A stretch of 64,000 nt of DNA from Cellvibrionales bacterium (GCA_024639455.1 JAHEIH010000003.1:85276-149275); one strand, 5' to 3'; shown: positions 25,962 through 37,402, counted from the stretch's first letter. Notes: generated by a model from the letters alone, not told the origin. Numbers and translations are program-made.

Positions 25962-27788
25962 ATGGCGCGTAAGTCGTCTGCTGAGGCCCCGGCCGAAGAA
26001 AGAGAAAAAAAGGTTAATATCCGCAAAATTGGTGCGCTAAAACCGGTGCTGGGGTTTCTAAAGCCCTATCGTATGCGCTTAGTGGGAGCGATGCTAGCAC
26101 TGGCGTTTACCGCCGGCGTCACCTTATCAATAGGTCAGGGTATTCGCTTGTTAATCGATGGTGGATTTACCTCTGATTCGAGTGCCCAATTAGCGGAGTC
26201 GGTCGAATTTTTCATGACCTTGGTGGTGCTGTTGGCTTTTGGTACCTTTGCGCGCTATTACTTAGTGTCGTGGATTGGCGAGCGCGTGACGGCAGATATG
26301 CGCAAGGCGGTATTTAGCCATATCATTTCGTTGCACCCGGGGTTCTTTGAATCGACCTCAAGCGGGGAAATTCAATCGCGGATCACTACCGATACCACGC
26401 TGATTCAAACCGTGGTTGGGTCCTCGGTATCCGTTGCGCTGCGCAACTTGCTGATGTTCATCGGCGGTATGATTTGGCTGTTCATCACTAACGCCAAATT
26501 CACCTTGATCCTACTGGGGACAATCCCACTGGTCATTGTGCCGATCATTGTCTTTGGCCGTCGTGTGCGCAACCTGTCGCGTAGCAGCCAAGATAAAATT
26601 GCCGACGTGGGAAGCTACGTCAACGAGTCGATCTCTAATATCAAAACTGTTCACGCCTTCAATCACCAGAGTGCTGATCGTACGCGCTTTGGCGAGCACG
26701 TCGAGGCGGCGTTTGATGTGGCCGTTACCCGTATTGCTCAGCGTGCTTGGTTGACCGTGGCGGTGATTATTTTGGTGTTTGGTGGCATCTCTGTGATGCT
26801 GTGGTGGGGCGGTCAAGATGTGCAAGCCGGTGTGATAAGCGGCGGCGACCTGGCGGCGTTTGTGTTCTACGCGATTATGGTGGCGGGGTCTATGGGCTCA
26901 ATAACCGAGGTGCTAGGCGATCTGCAACGCGCGGCTGGGGCGACCGAGCGCCTGATTGAATTGCTGCACATGGACAACCTCATTGTGGCGCCTGCTCAGC
27001 CTGCCCAATTGCCCGCCGATACCCAAGCCGATATAGAAATGCGCAACGTGTCGTTCAGTTACCCAACTCGCCCTGATCACTTGGCCGTGGATAATGTCTG
27101 CCTGCGCGTTGGCAAGGGTAAAACCCTTGCTTTGGTCGGTGCCTCAGGAGCGGGTAAGTCGACGATTATCGATTTGTTGCTGCGCTTCTACGATGTGCAA
27201 CAAGGTGAAATTCTATTCGATGGTGTTAATATCAGCTCGGTCGATCCGCTTGAGTTACGTCACCATATTGGCCTAGTGCCTCAGCAGCCTACGCTGTTTA
27301 GTGGTACTGTGATCGACAATATTCGCTACGGTAGCCCCGACGCCAGTGACCAAGATGTCTTTGCAGCGGCTAAATCGGCTTATGCGCACGACTTTATTGA
27401 GCGTTTACCCAATGGCTACGACAGTCAAGTGGGCGAGGCGGGTGTGCGACTTTCTGGCGGTCAACGCCAGCGCCTGGCGATTGCTCGCGCTATTCTTAAA
27501 AATCCCGATTTGCTGTTGCTCGATGAGGCCACCAGTGCCCTCGATGCAGACAGCGAATACATGGTGCAGAAGGCGCTCGATAGCCTCACCAAAGCGCGTA
27601 CTACCATTGTGATTGCCCACCGTTTGGCGACCGTGATTAACGCCGATCAAATAGCCGTGTTGGATCAAGGTAAGGTGGTGGCGACAGGTCAACACGACGA
27701 GTTACTCAAGCACAGCGATTTGTATCGTCGTTGGGCTGATTTGCAGTTTAAAATATCTGGCGCCGCGTTGAGCGGCGAAGCTGTTTAA
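25962..27788 (+). CDS. ABC transporter, fused permease/ATP-binding protein (ABCB/MsbA-like exporter)
   Basis: Six N-terminal TM helices. Walker A GASGAGKST, signature LSGGQRQR, Walker B LLLLDEATSALD. Confidence 0.9.
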   Translation: MARKSSAEAPAEEREKKVNIRKIGALKPVLGFLKPYRMRLVGAMLALAFTAGVTLSIGQGIRLLIDGGFTSDSSAQLAESVEFFMTLVVLLAFGTFARYYLVSWIGERVTADMRKAVFSHIISLHPGFFESTSSGEIQSRITTDTTLIQTVVGSSVSVALRNLLMFIGGMIWLFITNAKFTLILLGTIPLVIVPIIVFGRRVRNLSRSSQDKIADVGSYVNESISNIKTVHAFNHQSADRTRFGEHVEAAFDVAVTRIAQRAWLTVAVIILVFGGISVMLWWGGQDVQAGVISGGDLAAFVFYAIMVAGSMGSITEVLGDLQRAAGATERLIELLHMDNLIVAPAQPAQLPADTQADIEMRNVSFSYPTRPDHLAVDNVCLRVGKGKTLALVGASGAGKSTIIDLLLRFYDVQQGEILFDGVNISSVDPLELRHHIGLVPQQPTLFSGTVIDNIRYGSPDASDQDVFAAAKSAYAHDFIERLPNGYDSQVGEAGVRLSGGQRQRLAIARAILKNPDLLLLDEATSALDADSEYMVQKALDSLTKARTTIVIAHRLATVINADQIAVLDQGKVVATGQHDELLKHSDLYRRWADLQFKISGAALSGEAV

Positions 27789-27809
27789 CCGTTTTCTACG
27801 AGGTAGGCG

Positions 27810-28817
27810 ATGAACTTCATCGGACAACACATTCTTTCGGTTCAACAATTTGAGCGCGCCGACATTGATCGCCTCTTTTCGGTGGCGGACATGATGGAGC
27901 CCTACGCACGCCGTCAGCGCCTGACGAAGGTCCTCGACGGCGCTATTTTGGGCAACATGTTCTTTGAACCCAGCACCCGTACGCGTGTCAGTTTCGGCTG
28001 TGCCTTCAACCTGCTGGGTGGGGAAGTGCGTGAAACCACCGGTATTCAAAACTCGGCCTTAGCTAAGGGCGAATCGCTGTACGATACCGCCCGTGTATTG
28101 AGCGGTTACTCGGATATCATCGTGATGCGCCACCCCGAGGCCTTCTCGGTGGCGGAGTTTGCTAGTGCAAGCCGCGTACCCGTAATCAATGGCGGCGACG
28201 GTGCCAATGAACACCCCAGTCAAGCATTGCTCGACCTATACACCATTCGTAAGGAAGTGTCGGGGCAGGGCAAGAGCATCGACCACTTGCGTATCGCCAT
28301 GATTGGCGACTTAAAAAATGGCCGTACTGTGCATTCGTTATGCAAGCTTATGCGTCTTTATAATAATTTATACTTCACGATGGTGGCGCCCGCCGAACTG
28401 CAAATGCAGCAAGAAGTGGTGGAAATGCTACGCGAAGCGGGGCATACCGTGGTAGTGACCGACAAACTGGAAGAGAGCATTTCCAAGGTTGACATCGCCT
28501 ACTCAACACGCATTCAGGAAGAGCGCTTTGCCAGCAAAGAAGAGGCCGATCGCTACCGTGGTCGCTTCCGTTTGAACCAGTCGATCTACACTGAGTTTTG
28601 CGAACCCAACACGGTGATCATGCACCCCTTGCCACGTGATTCGCGCATGGAGGCCAATGAGTTGGACAACGATCTCAACGAAAATCCCAACTTGGCGATC
28701 TTCCGCCAAGCAGACAATGGCATCAATGTGCGCATGGCATTATTTGCCATGATTTTGGATGTGGTCGATCAGGTCGACAGCCACTCACGCTCAGTTAACT
28801 GGTACACCAATCGCTAA
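27810..28817 (+). CDS. pyrB: aspartate carbamoyltransferase catalytic chain (E. coli/archaeal type)
   Basis: STRTR, HPSQ (for HPTQ), STRIQEERF and HPLPR motifs, collinear with E. coli PyrB. No pyrI or pyrC-like gene is adjacent. Confidence 0.75.
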   Translation: MNFIGQHILSVQQFERADIDRLFSVADMMEPYARRQRLTKVLDGAILGNMFFEPSTRTRVSFGCAFNLLGGEVRETTGIQNSALAKGESLYDTARVLSGYSDIIVMRHPEAFSVAEFASASRVPVINGGDGANEHPSQALLDLYTIRKEVSGQGKSIDHLRIAMIGDLKNGRTVHSLCKLMRLYNNLYFTMVAPAELQMQQEVVEMLREAGHTVVVTDKLEESISKVDIAYSTRIQEERFASKEEADRYRGRFRLNQSIYTEFCEPNTVIMHPLPRDSRMEANELDNDLNENPNLAIFRQADNGINVRMALFAMILDVVDQVDSHSRSVNWYTNR

Positions 28818-29434
28818 TGGCTTTTGATCACGCTGACGTCAAATTGCTATCCCGTGTGGTAAATCATGCGGGATTTTTGCGTTTAGAGACGCGCGTAGTT
28901 GAGCACGCCTTATTTGCTGGCGGCGTTAGCGGCGACGTGCGGCGTGAACTGTTACTGCGTGGCGAGGCCGTTGGCGTTTTGCCTTACGATCCTATTCGCG
29001 ATGAGGTGCTGTTAATCGAGCAGTTCCGCATTGGTGTGACTCGCCAGCAGCACTCACCGTGGATGCTGGAGATTGTCGCTGGCATCGTGGAGCAGGGTGA
29101 GAGTTTTCAAGACGTTGCTGAACGCGAAGCGGTGGAAGAGTGTGGTTGTGAGGTGAGTCGTTTAGAACCCATTGTTGGCTACTATTCCAGCCCGGGTTTT
29201 ACTGACGAATTTTTGATGTTGTACTGCGGCCGCATAGAGACGGTAAACGCGGGTGGTGTGTTTGGTCTTGAGCATGAGCACGAAGATATCCGTGCGGCGG
29301 TATACAGTGCTGAGGCCTGTTTTGCCAAGCTGGCGGCGGGCGAAATTATCAACGCCTCGACGGTGATTTCACTGCAGTGGTTGCAATTGCACCGCGCGCG
29401 ATTGAGAAGTGAATGGGCGGGTATCGATGGCTGA
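28817..29434 (+). CDS. nudF: ADP-ribose pyrophosphatase-like Nudix hydrolase
   Basis: Nudix box GIVEQGESFQDVAEREAVEECG. TAATG overlap with the upstream gene. Confidence 0.7.
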   Translation: MAFDHADVKLLSRVVNHAGFLRLETRVVEHALFAGGVSGDVRRELLLRGEAVGVLPYDPIRDEVLLIEQFRIGVTRQQHSPWMLEIVAGIVEQGESFQDVAEREAVEECGCEVSRLEPIVGYYSSPGFTDEFLMLYCGRIETVNAGGVFGLEHEHEDIRAAVYSAEACFAKLAAGEIINASTVISLQWLQLHRARLRSEWAGIDG

Positions 29435-31025
29435 AGAGAACAACAAGCCATCCCTTGGTAAGGGCGAGGATTCTTCGCGAGGGCTCGCACGATCTGGTGC
29501 CATCTTCGGCAGCATGACAATGGCTTCGCGTGTGTTGGGCGTAGTGCGCGACATGGTAGTGGCGCGCTACTTCGGTGCCGATGCCGCGGCAGATGCTTTT
29601 TTTATCGCGTTTAAAATCCCCAATTTCATGCGCCGTTTGTTCGGCGAGGGTGCCTTTAGTCAGGCCTTTGTACCGGTGCTTTCCGAGTACCGCCAAACCC
29701 GTAGCTTGGATGAGGTCAAAGCGCTCATTGATCGAGTGGCCGGTGTGCTGGGTGGCATTTTAGCGCTGGTAACACTGCTGGCGACGCTGGGCGCGCCGGT
29801 GGTAGCGACTATTTTTGCACCGGGTTATGTGGTCGATGCCGAAAAGCAGACACTCGTTACCGACATGGTGCGCATTACCTTCCCCTATTTGATGTTTATT
29901 TCGCTGACCGGCTTCGCTGGGGGTATTCTCAACGCTTATGGCAAATTCGCTGTGCCCGCCTTCACGCCGGTGCTGTTAAATATTTTCTTAATTAGCGGTG
30001 CGTTTCTCAGTGGCTACTTCCCGGTGCCGATCTACGCGTTGGCGTGGGCGGTATTTGTTGCCGGAGCGATGCAGATGGTGTTTCAAATGCCGTTTTTAAA
30101 GCGCATGAATTTACTACCGCGGCCGCGCTGGGATACCCAGCACGAGGGTGTAAAACGGATTTTGGCCTTGATCGTCCCGGCCCTGTTTGGCGTGTCCGTC
30201 TCGCAGATCAACTTGCTGCTCGATACCGTGCTGGCGTCTTTCCTACCCACCGGTAGCGTGTCGTGGCTTTATTATTCCGACCGTTTGTGGGAGCTGCCGC
30301 TTGGGGTTTTTGGCGTAGCATTGGCGACGGTGATTTTACCCAGTTTGTCGCGCAAACACGCCGATCTTTCCAAGGAGGCCTTTTCCGCCACGATGGATTG
30401 GGCGATGCGGGTGGTTTTTTTGATAGCCATCCCCGCGGCGACGGCATTAATTGTGCTTGCTGAACCGATATTGATAAGTTTGTACCACTACGGTGCGATG
30501 ACTGAACGGGACATTGCTATGTCTGCCTTGAGCCTGCGCGCCTATTCGTTAGCCTTGTTGGCGTTTATGTTGATCAAGGTATTGGCGCCTGGCTACTACT
30601 CGCGGCAGGATACCAAGACGCCGGTGCGTATAGGTATTAAGGCCATGGTGGCGAATATGGTGTTGAACCTGTTGTTCGTTATTCCGCTGCATATGTACTT
30701 CAAAGTCGGCCACGTTGGTTTGGCGTTGGCGACCATGATGTCATCTTACTTTAACGCCTATTTATTGTATCGTGGGCTGCGTCATGACGGTGTCTTCATG
30801 CCTCAGCCTGGTTGGGTTTTGCTGGTGCTGCAGATTGCCTTTGCGACACTGGCGATGGGAGGGGTGCTTTGGTGGTTTAGCCCCGATACAGCACAGTGGT
30901 TTGCCGATGATTGGCGCGCCCGTGCCATGATGCTGTTGCCACTTTGTTTGGGGGGTATGTTGGTTTACGGCCTAGTGTTAGCGGCCAGCGGTGTGAAATT
31001 CCGCGACTTCGTCACAAAGCATTGA
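29427..31025 (+). CDS. murJ: lipid II flippase MurJ
   Basis: SMTMASRVLGVVRDMVVARYFGA matches the MurJ/MviN N-terminus, with about 14 TM segments. ATG 29427 overlaps the nudF stop by 8 nt (GTG 29409 is an alternative). Confidence 0.9.
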   Translation: MAEENNKPSLGKGEDSSRGLARSGAIFGSMTMASRVLGVVRDMVVARYFGADAAADAFFIAFKIPNFMRRLFGEGAFSQAFVPVLSEYRQTRSLDEVKALIDRVAGVLGGILALVTLLATLGAPVVATIFAPGYVVDAEKQTLVTDMVRITFPYLMFISLTGFAGGILNAYGKFAVPAFTPVLLNIFLISGAFLSGYFPVPIYALAWAVFVAGAMQMVFQMPFLKRMNLLPRPRWDTQHEGVKRILALIVPALFGVSVSQINLLLDTVLASFLPTGSVSWLYYSDRLWELPLGVFGVALATVILPSLSRKHADLSKEAFSATMDWAMRVVFLIAIPAATALIVLAEPILISLYHYGAMTERDIAMSALSLRAYSLALLAFMLIKVLAPGYYSRQDTKTPVRIGIKAMVANMVLNLLFVIPLHMYFKVGHVGLALATMMSSYFNAYLLYRGLRHDGVFMPQPGWVLLVLQIAFATLAMGGVLWWFSPDTAQWFADDWRARAMMLLPLCLGGMLVYGLVLAASGVKFRDFVTKH

Positions 31026-31113
31026 TCAATTAACGCTTTTTGCCCAGTTTAGGGTGCGTTCTACGCGTCATTCCCATATAATCGAGGCCATTTTTAATGA
31101 ACCCTGTGGCCCT

Positions 31114-32040
31114 ATGGAACTCATCCGCGATTTGCACAATATTCGCCCCGAACATCGCCCCTGTGTGGCGACTATCGGCGCGTTTGACGGTGTGCACCGC
31201 GGCCACCAATTGGTGATTAAAGAGTTGGTCGCTAGGGCCCGCGCGGCCGGGTTACCGTCGACGGTTATTTTGTTCGAGCCTTTGCCCCGCGAATACTTTT
31301 GCCCCCACGATGCGCCGCCACGTCTGACTAACTTTGCTGAGCGTTTTCGATTGCTGACGCAATTGGGTGTCGACCGGGTGCTGCGTATTCACTTTGTGGA
31401 TAGCATCCGTCAAATGAGCGCTGAGCAATTCATTCGTAAGGTTTTTGTTGAGAAACTCGGCGTGCAGCACTTGATTGTGGGTGACGATTTCGCCTTTGGT
31501 AAGGGCAGGGAAGGTAACTTCGAAACCCTAACCGAGATGGGTCTTAAATACGGCTACCGTGTGCAGGATACCGCCACGCTTGAACACGATGATGAGCGCG
31601 TAAGCAGTACCCGCATCCGCGAGGCCTTGGTGGATGGTGATTTCGGCTGTGTGGAGCACCTGCTCGGTCGCCCCTATAGCATGTCTGGACGCGTGGTTCA
31701 GGGGCAGCAATTGGGTCGTACCATTGGCGCACCGACAGCCAATATTCAACTGCGCCGTTTGCGCTCTCCACTGGCGGGTGTATACGCGGTGGAGATCGAC
31801 GGCATAAACGGCCAACGCTATCGTGGTGTTGCCAATGTCGGCACTCGCCCAACCATCGGCGACTTGAGTAAGGCCATACTGGAAGTTCATGTATTTGACT
31901 TCGATGGCGACCTTTACGGCAAACACCTGCAGGTGCTGTTTAGACACAAATTGCGCGACGAGAAAAAGTTCTCTTCGCTGGACGAATTAAAAGACAACAT
32001 TGCCCGCGACTTTGAGGCGGGGCGAGCCTACTTTGAGTGA
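31114..32040 (+). CDS. ribF: bifunctional riboflavin kinase / FAD synthetase
   Basis: MELIRDLHNI...ATIGAFDGVHRGHQ. Start set at the internal ATG 31114 matching the family N-terminus. Confidence 0.95.
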   Translation: MELIRDLHNIRPEHRPCVATIGAFDGVHRGHQLVIKELVARARAAGLPSTVILFEPLPREYFCPHDAPPRLTNFAERFRLLTQLGVDRVLRIHFVDSIRQMSAEQFIRKVFVEKLGVQHLIVGDDFAFGKGREGNFETLTEMGLKYGYRVQDTATLEHDDERVSSTRIREALVDGDFGCVEHLLGRPYSMSGRVVQGQQLGRTIGAPTANIQLRRLRSPLAGVYAVEIDGINGQRYRGVANVGTRPTIGDLSKAILEVHVFDFDGDLYGKHLQVLFRHKLRDEKKFSSLDELKDNIARDFEAGRAYFE

Positions 32041-32051
32041 TCTAGGACACT

Positions 32052-34838
32052 ATGACTGACTACAAATCGACGCTAAACCTGCCCGACACGACTTTCCCCA
32101 TGAAAGCGAGCCTGGCGCAACGCGAACCCGAGATGTTGAAAGCTTGGCAGCAGAGCGATATTTACGGCCAGATCCGTAAAGCGCGAGCAGGCCGCGAACA
32201 GTTCATCTTGCACGACGGCCCTCCGTACGCCAACGGCAATATTCACATCGGCCATGCAGTGAATAAGATCCTCAAGGATATCATTGTAAAATCGCGCACT
32301 TTGAGCGGTTTCGATGCGCCTTACGTTCCCGGTTGGGACTGCCACGGCCTGCCGATTGAACACAACGTTGAAAAGAAAATTGGCAAGGCGGGTGTCAAGG
32401 TGGACCACAAAACCTTCCGTCAGAAGTGCCGTGAATATGCCCGTAAACAGATCGACGGCCAAATGGTCGATTTTGTGCGTATGGGTGTTTTCGGCGAGTG
32501 GGATAATCCCTACTTGACCATGAATTATGTATTCGAAGCTGACATCATTCGCTCGCTTGGCAAAATCGTCGCCAATGGTCACCTGGATCGTGGCTTCAAG
32601 CCCGTGTACTGGTCGGTGGTGGGTGCCTCGGCGTTGGCCGAAGCAGAGGTCGAATACCAAGACAAAACGTCCTACTCGATCTACGTGAAGTACCCCGTTA
32701 TCGAGCAGGCGAACGTTGCCGAGATGATGGGCGCTAGCGGCGAAGGTGAGCTCAAGGTGGTGATTTGGACCACCACGCCTTGGACGCTGCCTTCTAGCCA
32801 AGCAGTTAGCTTGAACGCGGAATTGAACTACGTGTTATTGCAAGGGCAGAGTGAACGCTTGCTGGTAGCCGCTGAGTTGGCCGAGGCCGTGCAAAAAGCT
32901 GGCGATTTTGAAGCCGAGATCGTGGGTCGCTGCCGTGGTAGCCAACTGGAAGGCCAGTTATTACAGCATCCATTCTACGATAACGCGTTGCCCGTGTTAT
33001 TGGGTGATCACGTGACTATCGATGCGGGTACCGGCTGCGTTCACACCGCCCCCGATCACGGCGTAGAAGACTTTAACGTGGGCATGAAATATGGCCTTAG
33101 CACGTTGAATTACGTGGATGAAAACGGCATTTACCGCGATGTGGTAGATCTGTTCGCCGGTGAGCACGTGTACAAGGTCGACGACAAGATTGTCGCGCTG
33201 CTGGAAGAACGCGGCGTACTGTTGGCGCAAAGCAAATTCGTCCACAGCTATCCGCACTGCTGGCGTACGAAAACCCCATTGATCTACCGCGCCACGCCGC
33301 AGTGGTTTGTATCGATGCATAAAAATGGCCTGTTGGATGACGTAAAAGCGTCAGTCAAAGACGTGCGATGGGTACCCGGTTGGGGGCAAGCGCGTATCGA
33401 GGCGATGCTGGAATCAACCCCGGATTGGTGTATTTCGCGCCAGCGCACCTGGGGCGCGCCGATCACCTTGTTCGTACACAAAGACACCCAAGAATTGCAC
33501 CCCAACACGGCCGAATTGATTGAGCGTGTGGCGCAGTTGGTGGAAAAAGACGGGATGGATGCGTGGTTTGACCTCGACCCGCGCGAACTGCTGGGAGATG
33601 AAGCCGGCCAGTACAGCAAGGTAACCGACACCCTCGATGTTTGGTTTGACTCGGGCGTGACCCACGAAGCGGTATTGCAGCGTCGTGACTACCTTCGCTA
33701 CCCCGCAGACCTTTATCTTGAAGGCTCAGACCAACACCGCGGTTGGTTCCAGTCATCGTTGAAAACGGCCATCGCTATCAACGGCAATGCGCCCTACAAG
33801 GCGGTGTTGACCCACGGTTTCACCGTAGACGGTGACGGTCGCAAGATGTCGAAGTCGATCGGCAATACTATTTCTCCGCAAACCGTTATGAACAACCTGG
33901 GTGCCGATGTATTGCGCCTGTGGGTGGCGGCGACCGATTTTTCAGGGGAGATGAGCGTATCGGACGAGATTCTTAACCGCTCTGCTGACTCTTACCGCCG
34001 AATCCGCAATACCGCGCGCTTCCTGTTGTCGAATTTGAATGGCTTTAACCCTGCGACAGACGCGGTAGCGTTTGAGGACATGGTGGCGCTGGATCAGTGG
34101 GCAGTGGATCGTGCGGCGCAGTTACAGGCAGAGATCATCGACTGCTACGACAACTACAACTTCCACATGATCTACCAGAAATTGCACAAGTTCTGCGTGG
34201 TTGATATGGGGGGCTTCTACCTCGATATCATCAAAGATCGCCAGTACACCGCTAAGTCTGACGGCCATGCACGCCGCTCGTGCCAAAGCGCTATGCACAT
34301 TATCATCGAGGCGTTCACCCGCTGGATTGCGCCTATCTTGAGCTTTACCGCCGATGAGTTGTGGAAGGCCATGCCAGATGAGCGCGAAGCGAGTGTGTTT
34401 ATTGCCGAATGGATGGCTATTCCCACGTTAAATGACGCTTCTCAGCGTGAATTTTGGGCGCGCATCGCAGAGGCTAAGCACGCTTTCAACAAGGTGTTGG
34501 AAGGCAAGAAAAAGGATGGCATCAACAAGTCGCTGCAAGCGGAAGTGACCTTGTACGCCGCTGACGGTCTATACCAAGACTTGGCGTCACTGGGTGATGA
34601 ATTGCGCTTTGTGCTGATCGCATCCAAGGCTCAGGTGCTGCCATTGGCAGAGCGCACCGATGCTGATGCCACCGAGTTGGATGGTTTGAAAGTGTCATTG
34701 CAGAAAACCGAAGCCGAGCGCTGTGAACGCTGCTGGCACCACCGTGAAGACGTGGGTAGCCACGCCGGCCACGAGAGCATTTGCCAGCGTTGCGTCGACA
34801 ACATCGAAGGCGCAGGCGAAGAACGGAAATTCGCATAA
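32052..34838 (+). CDS. ileS: isoleucine--tRNA ligase
   Basis: HIGH region [19 protein letters not shown] loop, and a C-terminal zinc finger CERCWHH...CQRC. Confidence 0.97.
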   Translation: MTDYKSTLNLPDTTFPMKASLAQREPEMLKAWQQSDIYGQIRKARAGREQFILHDGPPYANGNIHIGHAVNKILKDIIVKSRTLSGFDAPYVPGWDCHGLPIEHNVEKKIGKAGVKVDHKTFRQKCREYARKQIDGQMVDFVRMGVFGEWDNPYLTMNYVFEADIIRSLGKIVANGHLDRGFKPVYWSVVGASALAEAEVEYQDKTSYSIYVKYPVIEQANVAEMMGASGEGELKVVIWTTTPWTLPSSQAVSLNAELNYVLLQGQSERLLVAAELAEAVQKAGDFEAEIVGRCRGSQLEGQLLQHPFYDNALPVLLGDHVTIDAGTGCVHTAPDHGVEDFNVGMKYGLSTLNYVDENGIYRDVVDLFAGEHVYKVDDKIVALLEERGVLLAQSKFVHSYPHCWRTKTPLIYRATPQWFVSMHKNGLLDDVKASVKDVRWVPGWGQARIEAMLESTPDWCISRQRTWGAPITLFVHKDTQELHPNTAELIERVAQLVEKDGMDAWFDLDPRELLGDEAGQYSKVTDTLDVWFDSGVTHEAVLQRRDYLRYPADLYLEGSDQHRGWFQSSLKTAIAINGNAPYKAVLTHGFTVDGDGRKMSKSIGNTISPQTVMNNLGADVLRLWVAATDFSGEMSVSDEILNRSADSYRRIRNTARFLLSNLNGFNPATDAVAFEDMVALDQWAVDRAAQLQAEIIDCYDNYNFHMIYQKLHKFCVVDMGGFYLDIIKDRQYTAKSDGHARRSCQSAMHIIIEAFTRWIAPILSFTADELWKAMPDEREASVFIAEWMAIPTLNDASQREFWARIAEAKHAFNKVLEGKKKDGINKSLQAEVTLYAADGLYQDLASLGDELRFVLIASKAQVLPLAERTDADATELDGLKVSLQKTEAERCERCWHHREDVGSHAGHESICQRCVDNIEGAGEERKFA

Positions 34839-35311
34839 TGCGCTTTCTTTGCTACTTGTTAGTATTGGTCGTCGTGTCGCTCGACCTGTGGACCAAAAAC
34901 ATGGCTGAGGCGTACTTAATGTATAACCAACCCGAGGTCATTTTGCCGGTGTTGGATTTTACCCTGCGCTACAATCCAGGGGCAGCGTTTAGCTTTTTGG
35001 CGGATCAGTCGGGTTGGCAGCGTTATTTTTTGAGTGGTTTAGCGGCAGTTGTTAGCTTGTTCTTGGTGGTGTGGATTTACCGTTTAAAACCACAGGAAAA
35101 GCTACTAGGTGTAGGCTTAGCACTTGTGTTAGGCGGCGCTTTAGGTAATTTGTACGACCGCGTAATACTGGGTCACGTGGTAGATTTTATCTCCTTCCAC
35201 TGGAATAACTGGTACTTCCCAGCCTTCAATATCGCCGATTCTGCGATTAGCGTAGGCGCAGTACTTCTGATCATCGATTCGTTTTTTGGTACGGAAAAGA
35301 CTTCTTCATGA
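34838..35311 (+). CDS. lspA: lipoprotein signal peptidase (signal peptidase II)
   Basis: [20 protein letters not shown] and FNIADS motifs. TAATG overlap with ileS. Confidence 0.9.
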   Translation: MRFLCYLLVLVVVSLDLWTKNMAEAYLMYNQPEVILPVLDFTLRYNPGAAFSFLADQSGWQRYFLSGLAAVVSLFLVVWIYRLKPQEKLLGVGLALVLGGALGNLYDRVILGHVVDFISFHWNNWYFPAFNIADSAISVGAVLLIIDSFFGTEKTSS

Positions 35312-35745
35312 CGACAACTATTTCGAGCAACAGCAAAGTTACCCTGCAGTTTGAAATTCGCCTCGACAACGGCGACGTGGTGGATTCGACCTTCGAAAAA
35401 GCGCCCGCAACCTTTGTGATGGGCGATGGATCATTGTTTGCTGGGTTTGAGCGCAAGTTGATCGGCATGGCCGCAGGTCAGCGTGCGACTTACCAAGTGG
35501 CTCCCGAAGATGCCTTTGGCCAGCCCAACCCCCATAATGTGCAAACCTTCAAGCGTTCACAGTTTGATAAAGATATGGAGATTGTGCCCGGTATGATGTT
35601 CTCCTTTGCCGATGCGCAAAACACCGAGCTGCCTGGCGTGGTAAAAGAAGTGACCGAGACCTTTGTCGACGTTGATTTCAACCACCCACTGGCGGGCAAG
35701 ATCCTTAATTTTGAAGTGCTGATTCACGCGGTGGAGGAAGCCTAA
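35308..35745 (+). CDS. fkpB: FKBP-type peptidyl-prolyl cis-trans isomerase
   Basis: 145-aa FKBP/SlyD-like sequence in the conserved lspA-fkpB-ispH position, with 4-nt overlap. Confidence 0.85.
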   Translation: MTTTISSNSKVTLQFEIRLDNGDVVDSTFEKAPATFVMGDGSLFAGFERKLIGMAAGQRATYQVAPEDAFGQPNPHNVQTFKRSQFDKDMEIVPGMMFSFADAQNTELPGVVKEVTETFVDVDFNHPLAGKILNFEVLIHAVEEA

Positions 35746-36692
35746 TGCATGTTCAACTCGCCAACCCACGCGGCTTTTGCGCTGGCGTAGACCGCGCCAT
35801 TGATATTGTTAATCGTGCCTTAGATATCTTTGGCGCGCCGGTGTTCGTGCGCCATGAAGTCGTGCACAACAAATTCGTAGTAGGGCAGTTGCGTGATCGC
35901 GGTGCGGTGTTCGTCGACGAACTGCACGAAGTTCCCGACGACGTCATCGTGATTTTCAGCGCCCACGGCGTCTCCAAAGCCGTGCGCGACGAAGCCGACC
36001 GCCGTGGTTTGAAAGTGTTCGATGCCACCTGCCCGCTGGTGACAAAGGTGCACCTCGAAGTGGTGAAGTATTCGCAAGAGGGCATGGAAACCATCCTCAT
36101 CGGCCACCAAGGCCACCCCGAGGTGGAAGGCACCATGGGCCAGTACGACGACAGCAATGGCGGCGTGATTTACTTGGTAGAAGACGAACATCAGGTGGCT
36201 CAACTGCAGGTGAAAGACCCCAATAATCTGGCTTACGTTACACAGACCACGCTTTCCATGGACGATACGGCTAAGGTGATTGCCGCCTTGCGACATCGTT
36301 TCCCCAATATCGTCGGCCCTCGCAAAGACGACATCTGCTACGCCACCCAAAATCGCCAAGACGCCGTGAAGACCCTGTCCCAGCAGTGCGATATGGTGTT
36401 GGTAGTCGGCTCGCCCAATAGCTCCAATTCGAACCGCCTGCGTGAACTGGCTGAGCGCAATGGTTGCGATGCCTACTTAATCGACGGCCCCGCCGATATC
36501 GACCCCAAATGGCTCGAAGGTAAGCAAGCTATTGGTGTGACCGCCGGCGCCAGTGCGCCTGAAGTACTGGTAAGGCAGGTGATCGAAGGCCTACAAGCCA
36601 TGGGGGCTAACGCCCCCGTGGAATTAGACGGCGCACGAGAAAACATTACCTTTTCCCTCCCCAAAGAGCTCCGCCTCGTCCCCGTCGACTAA
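35745..36692 (+). CDS. ispH: 4-hydroxy-3-methylbut-2-enyl diphosphate reductase
   Basis: [19 protein letters not shown] (first cluster Cys). 315 aa. Conserved operon position. Confidence 0.95.
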   Translation: MHVQLANPRGFCAGVDRAIDIVNRALDIFGAPVFVRHEVVHNKFVVGQLRDRGAVFVDELHEVPDDVIVIFSAHGVSKAVRDEADRRGLKVFDATCPLVTKVHLEVVKYSQEGMETILIGHQGHPEVEGTMGQYDDSNGGVIYLVEDEHQVAQLQVKDPNNLAYVTQTTLSMDDTAKVIAALRHRFPNIVGPRKDDICYATQNRQDAVKTLSQQCDMVLVVGSPNSSNSNRLRELAERNGCDAYLIDGPADIDPKWLEGKQAIGVTAGASAPEVLVRQVIEGLQAMGANAPVELDGARENITFSLPKELRLVPVD

Positions 36693-36701
36693 TTCAATTT
36701 C

Positions 36702-36740
36702 GAGATATGTGACCTAGGTCGCATATCTCAATTTATTCTT
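36702..36740 (+). terminator. hairpin terminator after the ribF-ispH operon
   Basis: 28-nt near-perfect palindrome GAGATATGTGAC-ctag-GTCGCATATCTC (36702-36729; 12-bp stem with one G.U pair), followed by AATTTATTCTT. Confidence 0.6.
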
Positions 36741-36826
36741 GGCTATCCTAGATAAAGCTCGGGCAAAACTTGTCAAAGCGACTATAGTTAAGGCTATGGA
36801 AAAATATCTGTAGCAAGGATAGTTAA

Positions 36827-37402
36827 GTGGTATTACGCCCCGCCCAACATAAGGGTTTTACCCTCATCGAACTGATGGTGACCATCGCCATCGCGGCCAT
36901 CCTGTTGACCATTGGTGTGCCCTCGCTGACGAGCTTTTTTGATCGGCAGAAGGTGATAGCGGCGGCTGAAGATATTTACGCAAATATTGCTTTAGCCAAG
37001 AGCCTAGCTATTTCATCCAATCAGGATGTGTCCTTTAAACTTTTCAACTACGACGCCGCCACCAAAGGATATTTTGGTGTGACCGATAATACAATTACTG
37101 ACTATGCAAGTGAATGTCGTGACGGCGTGACACTCGCCGACCTCAAAGTAGGGGATATGGTTTACAAAGTGTCGTCAGATAACCACGAGGGCGTGACATA
37201 TAAAATTGGAGGTGAATCAGGTTTAAGGGCATGGTGTGTTCAGTTTGATAATGTAAGAGGAGCTGTTACAACATTTACAAATTCTGGTGCCAAATATTAT
37301 GTCGACATTACCTATGATGAATTAGATATGCGTGTAAATGTATCACAGTTAGGCCGAATAAGTATTTGTAGTAATGATGTGGGTGGGTACTTGGCATGCT
37401 AA
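36827..37402 (+). CDS. GspH/FimU-FimT-family type IV pilus minor pilin (first gene of the cassette, fimU-like by position)
   Basis: Prepilin motif KG|FTLIELMVTIAIAAILLTIGVPS. GTG start with AAGGA RBS. Confidence 0.8.
   Translation: MVLRPAQHKGFTLIELMVTIAIAAILLTIGVPSLTSFFDRQKVIAAAEDIYANIALAKSLAISSNQDVSFKLFNYDAATKGYFGVTDNTITDYASECRDGVTLADLKVGDMVYKVSSDNHEGVTYKIGGESGLRAWCVQFDNVRGAVTTFTNSGAKYYVDITYDELDMRVNVSQLGRISICSNDVGGYLAC

Noticed and set aside
32073-32801. 242-aa minus-strand ORF inside ileS. Similar antisense ORFs occur inside ispH (35753-36359), pilR (44053-44658, plus strand), the fumarase gene (22723-23217) and the helicase gene.
   Set aside because: All lie entirely within strongly supported genes on the opposite strand and have low-complexity, Arg/His-rich translations. 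They are typical high-GC shadow frames.
36741-36826. A possible sigma-54 promoter (TGGC in cttggctatcctagat) upstream of the minor-pilin cassette.
   Set aside because: No GC dinucleotide sits at the required 10-nt spacing from the GG, so it does not fit TGGCAC-N5-TTGC.
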